From the NCBI GenBank assembly GCA_051117635.1, contig JBNPEH010000004.1, positions 229,562-293,561 of the forward strand: a stretch of DNA of 64,000 nucleotides. The letters run 5' to 3'. This DNA is from Opitutales bacterium (lineage in GTDB: Bacteria; Verrucomicrobiota; Verrucomicrobiia; Opitutales; JABSRG01). The notes under the pieces were generated by a model, which saw only the letters and a program-made list of their open reading frames with translations, did no database searches and was not told the origin of the DNA. Of this stretch, positions 48,243 to 58,771 are shown piece after piece. The number at the start of each line of letters is the position of its first letter. Position 1 is the first letter of the stretch. Made by a program: the position numbers and the translations under genes.

Positions 48243-51035
48243 TCAACCCGTGTTCTTCAGACCGGCGGCGATGCCGTTGACCGAGAGGGTGAAGGCCTCG
48301 ATCAGGTCATCCGGCACGTCGTCGTCTGTCTGGCGGATCGTCTTCAGAAGCAGGGTCTGAGCGTAGTTGAGCGGGTCGACGTAGGGATTGCGCAGGATGA
48401 TGGAGCGGCGCAGGGGCGGATTGTCCTCCAGCAGCTTCGACTGACCGGTGATCTTGAGGATGCTTGAGCGCGACCGCTCGTACTCCGCTTCGATGGCCTG
48501 GAAAATGTGATCGGCCAGGTCCTGATCGGCGACCAGCTCTTTGTAGAGACGCCCGATCATCAGGTCGGCTTTGGCCATGCCCATCTGGATGTTGTTGATG
48601 ACGGCGTTGAAGAAGCGCCAGTTTTCGTAGAGGTCCTTCAATTCCTCCCAACTGGTAAGCCCCGCATCGACGCCGCCTTCCAGAGCGGATCCCAACCCGA
48701 ACCAGGCGGGCAGGATGTGCCGGTTCTGCATCCAGCTGAAGCCCCAGGTGATGGCCCGGAGATCCTCGATGCGTTGCGAACGGGACCGCGAGCCCGGGCG
48801 GGAGCCCGCGTGAATCCACCGCAATTCGCTGACCGGGGTCGACTCCCGGAAATAATCCGGAAAGCCGTCTTCCTGATAAACCATTTCGCGGAAAGCGCGC
48901 AGCGAGCGCTCCGCCAGTTGCTCCATCGTGTCGAGTGTTCCGGCGGAGACCGACTCCTGAGGGAAGTATCCCTGGATCATCCCTGATACGACCTGCTGGA
49001 GTTCGCGCTGCGCCAGCTCGGTGTTGAAGTAGCGGAAGAAGATGACTTCGCCCTGTTCGGTGATCTTGATCCGGCCGTTCTGGGCTTCCGGGGGATTGGC
49101 CAGAATCGTCCGGTAGGTCGGTCCGCCCCCGCGGGCGCTGGTGCCGCCGCGTCCGTGGAAGAGCCTGAAGTCGACGTTGTGTTCACGGCAGATTTCGCCG
49201 GCTATCTTCTGGGCGCGCTGCAGCACCCAGTTGGAGGAGAGGATGCCCCCGTCCTTGTTGCTGTCGCTGTAGCCCAGCATGATCTCCTGGAACCGGCCGG
49301 TGCCCTCGAGGAAGGATGCGTAGGCCGGGACGGCAAAGAGCGCCGGCAGGAAGTCGCTTATCCCGTCGAGGTCGGCGACCGTTTCGAGCAGCGGCACGAA
49401 ATTCAGCGCGGACCCGGTGACCGCCCCGTCTTCCACAGTCACCAGACCGGCCAGCCGCGCGAGCCAGACGCAGCAGAGCAGGTCGGACGGCTGATGGGTC
49501 ATCGACAGGATGTAGGTCTCGATGCAGTCGGGATCGATCTGCTCCCGGCTGGTCCGGATCACCTCCAGGGTGCCCAACACATCGGCTGCCTGTTCAGACA
49601 ACGCGGCCCGATCGAAGGCGGGCGGGCTCTCGGTCAGCAACGCGCGGTCGAGCAACCGGATTTTTTCCTCCTCCTTCAAATTGTCGAACGGTTTGTCGAG
49701 CCGTCCGCTCGCGCGCAGGATCTCCTCCACCGCCCCGACCACTTTGGTGCGGTGGTCACGGATCTCCAGGCGGGCCGTGTAAAAGCCGAACACGCGCACC
49801 ATCCAGCGCAGGTCGGCCAGGCGCCCCTCCCGGTTGGCTTCGTCGCCGCGGGCTTCGAGCGCCCGGTCCACCAGGTCGAGTTCCCTGAGGAAGGCGGCAC
49901 TGCTCTCGTAGCCACCGCTTTCCCTCTCAGCGTCCGACGTGGCCTCCAGAGCCCGCAGCGTGATGTGCAGGCGATGATGCATGAAGGAGAGCTTGCGCCG
50001 GTACCATTCCGTCGGCTCATAGCCATCCAGGCGCTTGGCGAAGGTGGGAAACTCGGTCTCATCCTGGTGCAGCGACTCTTTCAGCTCGTCGGTGAAGGGC
50101 GTCATCACCGAGCAGTGGCTCATGCTCCGTATCAGGATTTCCAGTTCGCCGATGTAGCGCTTGAGGACGAGCCGCTTCTGCCGCTTCAAGGTTTCGAAAG
50201 TGACCTGCGGCGTCACGTTGGGATTGCCGTCACGGTCACCCCCGGACCAGCTGCCAAACCGGAAAAAGGAAGGAAGACGGAAGGTGTGGTCGGGGTAGTG
50301 GGTTGCCAGCGCATCGCTCATCTGGCGGAAGAGTTGCGGGATTTCGTGAAAAAGTGTCTCGTCGAAGTAGATGAGCGTGCCGTCGACTTCATCGAGCACC
50401 TCCACCTTTTTCTCGCGGCGGTCCCGCGTCTGCCAGAGGGCGTTGACGGCGGCCCGGATGCCCGCCTCGGCCCGATCGCGCTCGACGGGGATCAGGTCCT
50501 GCCGGTCGAGTTCGCGCAACTCCTCGGCGATCCAACGGAGCTGTGCGATAACGGTCTTGCGTTTGATCTCGGTCGGGTGGGAGGTGAACACCAGCTGGAT
50601 GTCGAGGTGATCGAGCATCTGCTGGATGGCATTCGCCCCCACGCCATCCTTCTTGAGCTTCTCGATCGTCCAGGGAACCGACCGCGGCTGTTTGCCGCCT
50701 GTTTCGCGTTCGTAATGACGCTTCCGGCGAATGCGGTGGTTATCCTCGGCCAGGTTGATGAGCTGGAAATACAGCGCGAACGCCTTGAGGATAACGAACA
50801 GCCGGTGCGAAGGCAGCTCGGCCAGGAAAGTCAGCAGCTCCTGCTCGGCTTGCTCGTTGTAATCCTCCCGGAGAGCGATCGCGCGTTGGCGTATCCACTC
50901 CACCGCCTCGAACACCTCCTCCCCCTCGAGCTCACGGATGGTCTGGCCAAGGGTCTCGCCGAGGTAGCGGACATCCTGTTTCAGCGGAATAGCCTTTTCT
51001 TCAAAGGCAGGTTTGCCGGTGCGTCTCAGTGACAT
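48243..51035 (-). CDS. ppc: phosphoenolpyruvate carboxylase
   Basis: VFTSHPTE, GYSDSNKDGG, FHGRGGTSARGGGP and a C-terminal ...GLKNTG. 930 aa. Confidence 0.97.
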   Translation of the reverse strand: MSLRRTGKPAFEEKAIPLKQDVRYLGETLGQTIRELEGEEVFEAVEWIRQRAIALREDYNEQAEQELLTFLAELPSHRLFVILKAFALYFQLINLAEDNHRIRRKRHYERETGGKQPRSVPWTIEKLKKDGVGANAIQQMLDHLDIQLVFTSHPTEIKRKTVIAQLRWIAEELRELDRQDLIPVERDRAEAGIRAAVNALWQTRDRREKKVEVLDEVDGTLIYFDETLFHEIPQLFRQMSDALATHYPDHTFRLPSFFRFGSWSGGDRDGNPNVTPQVTFETLKRQKRLVLKRYIGELEILIRSMSHCSVMTPFTDELKESLHQDETEFPTFAKRLDGYEPTEWYRRKLSFMHHRLHITLRALEATSDAERESGGYESSAAFLRELDLVDRALEARGDEANREGRLADLRWMVRVFGFYTARLEIRDHRTKVVGAVEEILRASGRLDKPFDNLKEEEKIRLLDRALLTESPPAFDRAALSEQAADVLGTLEVIRTSREQIDPDCIETYILSMTHQPSDLLCCVWLARLAGLVTVEDGAVTGSALNFVPLLETVADLDGISDFLPALFAVPAYASFLEGTGRFQEIMLGYSDSNKDGGILSSNWVLQRAQKIAGEICREHNVDFRLFHGRGGTSARGGGPTYRTILANPPEAQNGRIKITEQGEVIFFRYFNTELAQRELQQVVSGMIQGYFPQESVSAGTLDTMEQLAERSLRAFREMVYQEDGFPDYFRESTPVSELRWIHAGSRPGSRSRSQRIEDLRAITWGFSWMQNRHILPAWFGLGSALEGGVDAGLTSWEELKDLYENWRFFNAVINNIQMGMAKADLMIGRLYKELVADQDLADHIFQAIEAEYERSRSSILKITGQSKLLEDNPPLRRSIILRNPYVDPLNYAQTLLLKTIRQTDDDVPDDLIEAFTLSVNGIAAGLKNTG

Positions 51036-51072
51036 GGTCTAGCGTTGAAAATGGCAATATGGACGAATGCTT

Positions 51073-51507
51073 CTAATTTCGCGGATTGCGCGAAATATCG
51101 GGGTCGTGTTGATCATTCCCTCGGGCCAGCATGCTGCGCACGAATTCAATCTGGTCCTTGTGCAGGATCAGGATCGTGGCTGATGCCAACCAGTTGAAGC
51201 CGGCCAGGGCCGTCATGACCAGCATGGGCCCTTCCATCCCGAGGCGCGTGAGATGGGCGATCAGTGCCCCGCTCATCAACCCCCAGGCAAGGAGTGCTCC
51301 CCACGCGATCCCGGTTGGAATCAGCAGCAACAGAGCGGCCAGTAACTCGAGCGATCCGACCAGGTAGCGTCCGGCAGGCTCCATCTTCAGACTGGCAAAC
51401 AGCTCGACGCTGGTTGTCGCACCCACCCATTTGTCGACGCCGAAGCGGGCGATGATGAGCGCGACGGCCACTTGCAGAAGCCAACTGCAGAGAACATTAA
51501 TTTTCAT
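51073..51507 (-). CDS. DoxX-family small membrane protein
   Basis: 144 aa with four hydrophobic helices and a DoxX-like N-terminus (LQVAVALIIARFGVDKW). It overlaps the upstream gene's stop by 11 nt. Confidence 0.55.
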   Translation of the reverse strand: MKINVLCSWLLQVAVALIIARFGVDKWVGATTSVELFASLKMEPAGRYLVGSLELLAALLLLIPTGIAWGALLAWGLMSGALIAHLTRLGMEGPMLVMTALAGFNWLASATILILHKDQIEFVRSMLARGNDQHDPDISRNPRN

Positions 51508-53104
51508 GGGTGGATGGGGATGGACGGGATGCTCGGTCGCTCGGCGCAGGCGACGGCCGGAAGCGCTCTTTCAGGAAAGGCTCCTCACAGACCATGCGCC
51601 ACAGGTTGCTGCCCGACGGGATGTAGAGGTCGTCCACCGTCAGTTCCCGGGGGCAGGCTTTGCCCATGGCCGTGGTCAACTGGTCCAGCTCCTTCATGGT
51701 ATTGTTCACGTAGTTTTCGACTCGACGCGCTTTGTTCTCGACGATGAGGCCGGACTGCAGCTTGGGGTCTTGCGTGGTGATCCCCACAGGACAGGTGTTT
51801 TGGCCGCACTCACGGGCCTGAATGCACCCCAACGCCAGCATGAACCCCCGGGCGCTGTAGCAGGCGTCGGCTCCGAGGGCGAAAGCGATGGCCTGGCGAC
51901 CTGCGTCGATCAGTTTTCCAGAAGCAAACACGTTCAGGCGGTCGCGAACGCCTGCCTCTTCCAGGATTTGCACCAACCCGTAGAGAGCAGGGAAGAGGGG
52001 CAGACCGACGCTGTCGATAAAGGCGGCCGGCGAAGCGCCGGTTCCACCCTCCCCACCGTCCACCGTGATCCAGTCGGGAAAAGTATCCTGCTGCTTCATC
52101 TCAGCGACCAGGGCGCGAATGTCGTCGAGAGACCCCACACAGAGCTTGATGCCGACGGGAACGGGAACGAGATCCTGTATGTGCTGGATGAAGACGACGG
52201 TTGAAGGCAGGTCTGTGCACTCCCTGTGATAGGGTGGGGAAATGATATCCTTGCCCATCGGGATCTTGCGTAGTTCCGCGATTTCCCGGGAAATTTTTTC
52301 TTTGGGCAACATGCCACCCTTGCCCGGTTTGGCCCCTTGGGAAAACTTGATCTCGATCATTTTCACCTGAGGCTCTTCGGCTATCTCCTTAAGCAGCCCT
52401 TCATCCAGATCCCCGTCCTCGGTGCGGACCCCGAATTTGGCCGTCCCCATTTGAAAGATAATGTCTGCGTCTTCCTTCAGGTGGTATTTGGGGCAGCCGC
52501 CCTCACCCGTGTTCATCGGGATGCCGGCCCGGGCCGCTCCACGCGCCAACGCGCGGATGGCGTTTTCTCCGATCGCCCCGAAACTCATGGCGCTGATCAT
52601 GAAGGGGCGGCTCAACGTGTAGGGTTCTACCACGCCTCGTTCCTTTCCGACCGTCAGCTCAAAGGGGCGCATCCTTTCCACCGGGGTGGGGAAGAAGGAA
52701 TGGCGCAGTTTCAACTCCCGGGCGTCGTAATCGAGCAAGCTTCCGTAGGAGGCGGCTGATTCGATGTCCTTGGCCTTCTGGTAAACATTGCTCCGCTCCA
52801 AACGGTTGAAGGGGCGCTCCTCGCGGTCATTGCTATACAGATACTGGCGCAGCTCCGGGCCCAGGCTTTCCAGTAAGTAGCGTCCCTGGCCGATCAGGCC
52901 GAAATTGCGGAGGACCGTATGCTGCGTTTGAACGTGCCTGTAGGACAGGTTGACGATGAGGAGGAACAGGCTGCCCACCGTCAGGAAATGAAAATAAAAA
53001 CTGAGGTAGTACCCCGCCGCGAAAAACGCCAACGGCAACAGGTAGAGCACCCCGTTGATGAAACGGGCCAGCTTGTGAAGGTCGACGCGGAGGGCTTTTG
53101 GCAT
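51497..53104 (-). CDS. FMN-binding glutamate-synthase-family protein (GltB domain 2-like) with N-terminal TM segments
   Basis: ISAMSFGA, NTGEGG, KFSQGAKPGKGGMLP and VDGGEGGTGASP are the family blocks. Confidence 0.85.
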   Translation of the reverse strand: MPKALRVDLHKLARFINGVLYLLPLAFFAAGYYLSFYFHFLTVGSLFLLIVNLSYRHVQTQHTVLRNFGLIGQGRYLLESLGPELRQYLYSNDREERPFNRLERSNVYQKAKDIESAASYGSLLDYDARELKLRHSFFPTPVERMRPFELTVGKERGVVEPYTLSRPFMISAMSFGAIGENAIRALARGAARAGIPMNTGEGGCPKYHLKEDADIIFQMGTAKFGVRTEDGDLDEGLLKEIAEEPQVKMIEIKFSQGAKPGKGGMLPKEKISREIAELRKIPMGKDIISPPYHRECTDLPSTVVFIQHIQDLVPVPVGIKLCVGSLDDIRALVAEMKQQDTFPDWITVDGGEGGTGASPAAFIDSVGLPLFPALYGLVQILEEAGVRDRLNVFASGKLIDAGRQAIAFALGADACYSARGFMLALGCIQARECGQNTCPVGITTQDPKLQSGLIVENKARRVENYVNNTMKELDQLTTAMGKACPRELTVDDLYIPSGSNLWRMVCEEPFLKERFRPSPAPSDRASRPSPSTHEN

Positions 53105-53258
53105 GGCGAGAAGAGACTTGGCTGGCGTTTTGAAGGCTGCTGACGAAACAAGCTCCAGCCTTATCTCACAACCATAGGGCTGGTTGGTTCTTCAGGCAAA
53201 CCGATTGGGCCGGCCCGGCTGGTGCGCTCAATGAAAGCAACGATGAGTACCGGATTAA

Positions 53259-53335
53259 GGCGTGTTTTAAAAGTCGAGATAAGCGGGAAAAGGATGGCTA
53301 GTACGCGTGTGGCGGGCCGACCTGTCCGCCATAGC
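53259..53335. repeat. repeat family 2, left part only, fused to the truncated BNR paralog
   Basis: GGCGTGTTTTAAAAGTCGAGATAAGCGGGAAAAGG...GTACGCGTGTGGCGGGCCGACCTGTCCGCCATAGC matches 25671-25748 and then breaks off. Confidence 0.65.
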
Positions 53336-53853
53336 TCCTGGCTCGGCGTCCAAATCGGGGTGAAGGCTTCGGGCTGCGGGGCCGCCGGGCCGAAGGTGTC
53401 GGGGTCGACCACCGCGCCCGACGCATCATGGGTTTTCCCGTCCCGGATGTAGCCGTGGTAGAGCCCGTTGTTGTAGTCGCGGGGATGCGCTTCTGTAAGG
53501 ACAAAATCGATACGGTCGCTGCCGTTGTCGGAAAATTTTATATAGCCGTAGTTATGGCCTGTATACAGGGCCAGGTATCGCCCGTCCGGTCGCTGCCAGA
53601 GCCCGGTCACGTTGTGGTCGTCCGTTTCGCCCGAGGTGGGGATATTCGCCAGTGTCACGGTCTGCGCCTGCCCGGTATCCGGATCGAAAGCTGTCACATC
53701 GACATCGGCATCCCTGTGTTCACCGTCTTTTCCGCCGTGGCTGGCGATGGTCGCCACCAGTACCTGGCCCGTGTCGGGGTCCACCCGTGCCCGCTCGTCC
53801 TGATACCAGCACCAGCCACCGTTCGCGTTGATCATTCTGGAAGAATCCTGCAT
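53336..53853 (-). pseudogene. BNR/Asp-box beta-propeller protein, copy 2, with a 107-aa internal deletion and loss of the C-terminal roughly 190 aa
   Basis: It is colinear with copy 1 from MQDSSRMINANGGWCWYQDER to GHNYG. It then jumps to YIKFSDNGSDRIDF, skipping the segment that holds the SDDWGETW Asp-box. Homology ends at ...TPIWTPSQ, where the repeat sequence begins. ORF 53161..53931 is therefore chimeric. Confidence 0.7.
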
Positions 53854-53950
53854 GGGAAGAAGCCTGACCGGTGCCCCTGGAGGCGGTACTGAACCGGAGA
53901 ATGATGGGGGTTGGCCTGGGTTTCCCTTCAACTTTGAGCCTGAAGGGTGC

Positions 53951-55888
53951 TTAAGCCTTTCGCGCCCGAAGCAGGCCGATCAGGCTGCCGTGCCGCAGCA
54001 TGTCGATCTGCCGTTTACTCAGGTCATGCAAGGCATGGACCGTTTGGCCATCGTCACCGACCATCAGGGTGACCCGTTCGCCGCTTTGGATCTGGCCGAT
54101 CGGGTCCTCGATGGCGAGCGTATCCCTCTGGCTGACCTTATCGTAATCCTCCGGGTCAGCGAAACGCAGCGGAAGGATGCCGAAATTCACCAGATTCTGC
54201 CAGTGGATGCGGGCGAAGGATTTGGCCAGCACCGCACGCAGACCGAGATAGCGCGGGGCCAGGGCCGCATGCTCTCGGCTGGAGCCCTGCCCGTAGTTGT
54301 CTCCGCCGACGATGAAGAAGCCGTCGCCATCGACCTTACCGGCCCGCTCGGCAAAGGTCTCATCGATGGTCTCGAAGACGAACTGGCTGATGGCCGGAAT
54401 GTTGCTGCGGTAGGGAAGCACCCGGGAGCCGGCCGGCATGATTTCATCGGTGGAAATGTCGTCGCCGACCTTAAGCAAAACAGGTCCTTTCAAATCCTCG
54501 GGCGGGGGATCAAGCTCCGGCAGGCTTTTGATGTTGGGTCCCTTTTCTAGGTCGACGGATGCACCCGCCTCTGCCGGCGCGAGCAGCATATCTGCATTCA
54601 CCCGCACCGTCTCCGGTTCGGTGAACGTCGGGTAGTCCATATCCAGCTCGCGTGGGTCGGTGATCTTGCCGGTCAGCGCTGAGGCCGTCGCCGTTTCGGG
54701 ACTGCACAGAAACACGCGGTCCTCCCGGGTTCCCGAGCGTCCGGGAAAATTGCGCGGTACGGTGCGCAGGCTGTTGCGGCCGGTTGCCGGCGCCTGACCC
54801 ATGCCGATACAGCCGTTGCACCCCGCCTGGTGAATCCGCGCCCCGCAGCGGATCAGCCGCCCGAGATAGCTTTCGGCGGTCAGGATTTCGAGCATTTGCC
54901 GCGAGGTCGGATTCACATCGAAGGAGATCCCGGCCGGAATATGGCGCCCCTCCACCATCAGGGCCGGCACGGCGAAGTCGCGGAGGCCCGGATTTGCGGA
55001 TGAACCGATGTACGCCTGGTAAATGGGTTCCCCGGCCACCTCGCGGACCGGCCTGACCTTGCCCGGGCTGGATGGCAGGGCGATCAGCGGCTCGAGCTTA
55101 TCCAACTCGATCACCACCTCTTCGTCGTAGCTGGCGCCGTCGTCCGGAAGGCGTGCCTGCCAGTCGTCCTCACGCCCCTGTTGGCGAAGGAATCGTTTCA
55201 CCTCATCATCGGAGGGGAAGACGGTGGTGGTGGCTCCCAGCTCGGTGCCCATGTTGGCAATGACGTGCCGGTCCATCGCGGTCAGCGTATCGAGGCCGGG
55301 CCCGTGGTATTCGTAAATTTTGTTTACCCCGCCCTTCACGTCGAACCGCCGCAGCATTTCCAGGACAACGTCCTTCGCGCTGACCCAGGCCGGCAGTTGT
55401 CCCTCCAGCCGGACGCCGACGATCTTCGGCATGTTGATGTAGAGCGGTTCGCCCGCCATGGCCAGGGCCACCTCCAGCCCCCCCGCCCCGAGTGCCAGCA
55501 TGCCGATTGCGCCGGCGGCCGGGGTATGGCTGTCCGAGCCGACCAGGGTCTTGCCCGGGCGGCCAAACCGTTCCTGATGTACGGGGTGGCTGACCCCGTT
55601 GCCGGCCTGGCTGTACCAGACACCGAACTTGCGGCAGGCACTCTTCAGAAAGAGATGATCGTCCGGATTCTTGAAATCTTCCTGGATGAGGTTGTGGTCG
55701 ACGTACTGGGCGGACAGCTCCGTCTTGACCCGTGGCAGGCCCATGGCCTCGAACTCGAGCATGACCAGGGTGCCGGTGGCGTCCTGGGTCAGGGTCTGGT
55801 CGATGCGCAGGCCGATTTCTTCGCCGGGCTGGAGCGATCCCGAGTCCAGGTGGGTTTCAATCAGTTTTTGTGCGATATTCTGGTTCAT
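53951..55888 (-). CDS. aconitate hydratase (roughly 645-aa type)
   Basis: VGSDSHTPAAG, the Fe-S ligands CNGCIGMGQAP, and a swivel domain GGDNYGQGSSREHAA. Start at the ATG at 55888 (MNQNIAQKLIE). Confidence 0.9.
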   Translation of the reverse strand: MNQNIAQKLIETHLDSGSLQPGEEIGLRIDQTLTQDATGTLVMLEFEAMGLPRVKTELSAQYVDHNLIQEDFKNPDDHLFLKSACRKFGVWYSQAGNGVSHPVHQERFGRPGKTLVGSDSHTPAAGAIGMLALGAGGLEVALAMAGEPLYINMPKIVGVRLEGQLPAWVSAKDVVLEMLRRFDVKGGVNKIYEYHGPGLDTLTAMDRHVIANMGTELGATTTVFPSDDEVKRFLRQQGREDDWQARLPDDGASYDEEVVIELDKLEPLIALPSSPGKVRPVREVAGEPIYQAYIGSSANPGLRDFAVPALMVEGRHIPAGISFDVNPTSRQMLEILTAESYLGRLIRCGARIHQAGCNGCIGMGQAPATGRNSLRTVPRNFPGRSGTREDRVFLCSPETATASALTGKITDPRELDMDYPTFTEPETVRVNADMLLAPAEAGASVDLEKGPNIKSLPELDPPPEDLKGPVLLKVGDDISTDEIMPAGSRVLPYRSNIPAISQFVFETIDETFAERAGKVDGDGFFIVGGDNYGQGSSREHAALAPRYLGLRAVLAKSFARIHWQNLVNFGILPLRFADPEDYDKVSQRDTLAIEDPIGQIQSGERVTLMVGDDGQTVHALHDLSKRQIDMLRHGSLIGLLRARKA

Positions 55889-55950
55889 GGCTGACGTCGG
55901 TGGAGGTGATCGGGCCGGCGGCTTCGCGGGCCTTGAGCCGGTCCGGGGGT

Positions 55951-57387
55951 TCAGGGTGCGCCGAGACTGTGCGGGGCGATGCCGAAAAAGGATTCGGCGC
56001 ATTCCTTGAGCGTTTCGGAAAGGGTGGGGTGGGCGTGAATCGTCTCGGCAAGGTCGCCAACCGTCGCCGCCAGCTCGATGGCGAGGGTGGCCTCCGCGAT
56101 GAGCTCTCCGGCGTCCTGGCCGACCATGAGAACGCCGAGGATACGGTCGGTGTCCTCATCGATGATCAGCTTGGTCAGGCCGTTCCCGGCGCCGATGCTC
56201 AGGGCACGCCCCGAGGCCCGCCAGTCGAACCGGGCCACCTTGAGCGAAAAGCCGGCTTCGCGGGCTTCCTGCTCACCCATGCCGACCCAGGCCATGGCAG
56301 GCTCGGTGAAGACTACGGCCGGCACCAGAAGCGGCTCCGTATCGGGAGGATCCCCGCAGAGAGCGTCGACGGTACGATGGGCCTCCCGGGTCGCCTTGTG
56401 GGCCAGCATGTCTCCGCCGGCCACGTCGCCGATTACGTAAAGCGAAGGCTCGCCGGTTCGGTTGGCTGCATCTGAGACAATGAACCCGCTCTCGTCGGTC
56501 TCCACCCCGGTATTCTCCAGACCGATGTTTTCGGAATTCGGCCGACGGCCGACCGCGACCAGCACCTGATCGAAGAAGAGCTCCTCCGTTTCGGGATCGC
56601 CGTCTGCGTCGTCGGAGTGATGGGACAGGCTTGCCTTCAGGCTTTCCCCACTGGTGGCCAGGTCTGCGACCTCGGTGTTCAGGTGAATGGCCTGGAAAAG
56701 GTCGGCGACTGCTTGGTGGACGACGCTGACCAGGTCGGGGTCCGTCCCGGGCATGAGCGTATCCTCCGCCTCGACCAGCGTGACTTTGGTTCCCAGACGC
56801 GCGTACACCGTTCCCAGCTCCAGCCCGATGTAACCGCCGCCGATGACCAGCAGACGGTCCGGCAGGGTTTCCAGCTCCAGCGCTTCCCGCGAGGTCAGGA
56901 TGCGCGAACTGCCGAGGTCAAAGGCCTCGGGCAGGAGCGGCCGGCTGCCGGTGGCGATGATGGCCTTGCCGAAGGTGAGGTACTGCTGGCCGTCCTCCGT
57001 TTCGATCCGGAGCGTGGCGGCATCCTGGAAATAACCCCGGCCGCGGATGACGGTGACCCCCCGTTTTTCGGCCAGGGACCCGATGCCACCGGCCAGCTGG
57101 TCGACCACGTCTTCTTTCCACTGGCGCAAGGTGCTGCAATCAATCCGGGGCTCGTCGAAGGTGATGCCGCGTTCGGCCGAGGCACGCGCTTCACCGATCA
57201 GCCGGGTCGCGTGGAGCAGGGCCTTGGAGGGAATGCAGCCCCGATGCAGGCAAACGCCGCCCAGCTTCGGCTCTGCCTCGACCAGGGTGACTTTGCGGCC
57301 GCGGTCTGCCGCGTAAAAGGCGGCTGCATATCCGCCGGGACCGCCTCCCAGGACGACGATTTCAGTTTCTTGTTTGTCGGATGCCAT
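55951..57387 (-). CDS. lpd: dihydrolipoyl dehydrogenase (E3)
   Basis: VVLGGGPGGYAAA, the redox disulfide GGVCLHRGCIPSK, and a C-terminal HAHPTLSE. Confidence 0.95.
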   Translation of the reverse strand: MASDKQETEIVVLGGGPGGYAAAFYAADRGRKVTLVEAEPKLGGVCLHRGCIPSKALLHATRLIGEARASAERGITFDEPRIDCSTLRQWKEDVVDQLAGGIGSLAEKRGVTVIRGRGYFQDAATLRIETEDGQQYLTFGKAIIATGSRPLLPEAFDLGSSRILTSREALELETLPDRLLVIGGGYIGLELGTVYARLGTKVTLVEAEDTLMPGTDPDLVSVVHQAVADLFQAIHLNTEVADLATSGESLKASLSHHSDDADGDPETEELFFDQVLVAVGRRPNSENIGLENTGVETDESGFIVSDAANRTGEPSLYVIGDVAGGDMLAHKATREAHRTVDALCGDPPDTEPLLVPAVVFTEPAMAWVGMGEQEAREAGFSLKVARFDWRASGRALSIGAGNGLTKLIIDEDTDRILGVLMVGQDAGELIAEATLAIELAATVGDLAETIHAHPTLSETLKECAESFFGIAPHSLGAP

Positions 57388-57402
57388 GAGGGGTTCGGAA
57401 AA

Positions 57403-58758
57403 CTAGGCTTTGAAAAGGGATGAATCGGGATCTTCCAGAGCCTTCACGAGGTCGGCCATGAATCGCGCCGCATCCCCGCCGTCGATCAGGCGGTGATCGT
57501 AGGAGAGCGCCAGGGGAAGCACGGGATGCCATGCGATCGAATCCCCGTCCCTGACCGGTCGCTCGGTCGCTCGGCCGGTACCCAGGATGGCGACCTCCGG
57601 ATAGCGGACGATCGGCGTAAAGGCCCCGCCACCAAGGCCACCCTGGTTGCTCAGGGTGAAGGTCCCGCCCTCCATTGCTTCTTTGTCGAGGCGTCCACTC
57701 CGGGCGGACTCGGCCAGCTGGGCGATCGCCTGAGCGATCTCGAGGAGCGACTGCTTGCCGGCATCGCGAAGGACGGGGACGAGGAGCCCCTGTTCCGTGT
57801 CCACGGCCAGGCCGATGTGGTGATCTTTTTTCAGCGACACCTGGCCTTTCTCCATGTTCAGGCTGGCATTGAAGCGCGGATACCGCTCCAGCAAACCCGG
57901 TAACAGCGCGACCAGGATGGCGGTCAGCGTGAGACGGGCATCCTTTTTCTCAAAGGCCGCCTCATGCTGGTTCTTCAGCTCCAGAAGATTCTTCAGATCA
58001 GCCTCCCCGAACTGGGTGACCTGAGGAATGTTCGGCCAGGTGCTTGAAAGCCGCTGCGCAATCGTCTTCCGGATGCCCTTCAGCGATTCCGTTTCCACCT
58101 CACCGTAAGCCGCAGGGTCCGGCATTTCCGGCAAAGCAGGCCCCCGTGCGCGTTCTGCCGGGCCTCCCGCCGCTTCGGCCCGTTTTTCGAGCTGCGCGAC
58201 ATAGGCCCGCAGGTCCGCGATCTCGATCCGCCCACCGCGTCCGCTGCCTGCTATTCGATCGAGGTCGATGCCGAGGTCACGGGCCATGCGCCGGATGGAC
58301 GGGGCGGCCGGCGAGCGACCTTTTCCGTCGGATTTGGGCGCGGGCTCCGAATCCGGCTCGTCACCTTCCGTGACCGATTTTGCGGGCTTCACTTCGCCGT
58401 CGTCATCTTTCCGTTGCGATTCCTGCCGGTCCTCGTCGTCTTCATCGGTGCCGTCCCCGTCATCGCCACCGTCGCCGTTTCGTCCGGCCCGGGTCTTCCC
58501 GCCTTCTTTGTCGCTGTCGCTGGTCTCACCCTCCTCGAGGATGGCGAGGACGTCGCCCTCGGAGACCTCGTCGTTCTCCGAGACGCGAATGGACTGGATC
58601 GTGCCGGCTTCCGGGCTGGGCATGCCCGCGACGGCCTTGTCGCTTTCGATCTCCATCAGGGTCTGGTCCTTTTCGACGGTATCCCCTTCCTTGACGAGGA
58701 TGTTGACGACGGTGCCGTTGCCGGAGCCTTCGCCGAGTGAGGGCAGCTTGATTTCCAT
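57403..58758 (-). CDS. aceF: dihydrolipoamide acetyltransferase (E2), single lipoyl domain
   Basis: Lipoyl block MEIESDKA, a peripheral-subunit-binding block PSIRRMARDLGIDL, and the catalytic DHRLIDG. The linker is unusually Asp/Glu/Gly-rich. Confidence 0.93.
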   Translation of the reverse strand: MEIKLPSLGEGSGNGTVVNILVKEGDTVEKDQTLMEIESDKAVAGMPSPEAGTIQSIRVSENDEVSEGDVLAILEEGETSDSDKEGGKTRAGRNGDGGDDGDGTDEDDEDRQESQRKDDDGEVKPAKSVTEGDEPDSEPAPKSDGKGRSPAAPSIRRMARDLGIDLDRIAGSGRGGRIEIADLRAYVAQLEKRAEAAGGPAERARGPALPEMPDPAAYGEVETESLKGIRKTIAQRLSSTWPNIPQVTQFGEADLKNLLELKNQHEAAFEKKDARLTLTAILVALLPGLLERYPRFNASLNMEKGQVSLKKDHHIGLAVDTEQGLLVPVLRDAGKQSLLEIAQAIAQLAESARSGRLDKEAMEGGTFTLSNQGGLGGGAFTPIVRYPEVAILGTGRATERPVRDGDSIAWHPVLPLALSYDHRLIDGGDAARFMADLVKALEDPDSSLFKA

Positions 58759-58771
58759 GAAGAGGGGGGGG

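Noticed and set aside
57403-58758. The unusual Asp/Glu/Gly-rich linker in the E2 acetyltransferase as a separate feature.
   Set aside because: Inter-domain linkers of E2 proteins are compositionally variable, and both flanking domains are intact. This is probably lineage-specific composition only.
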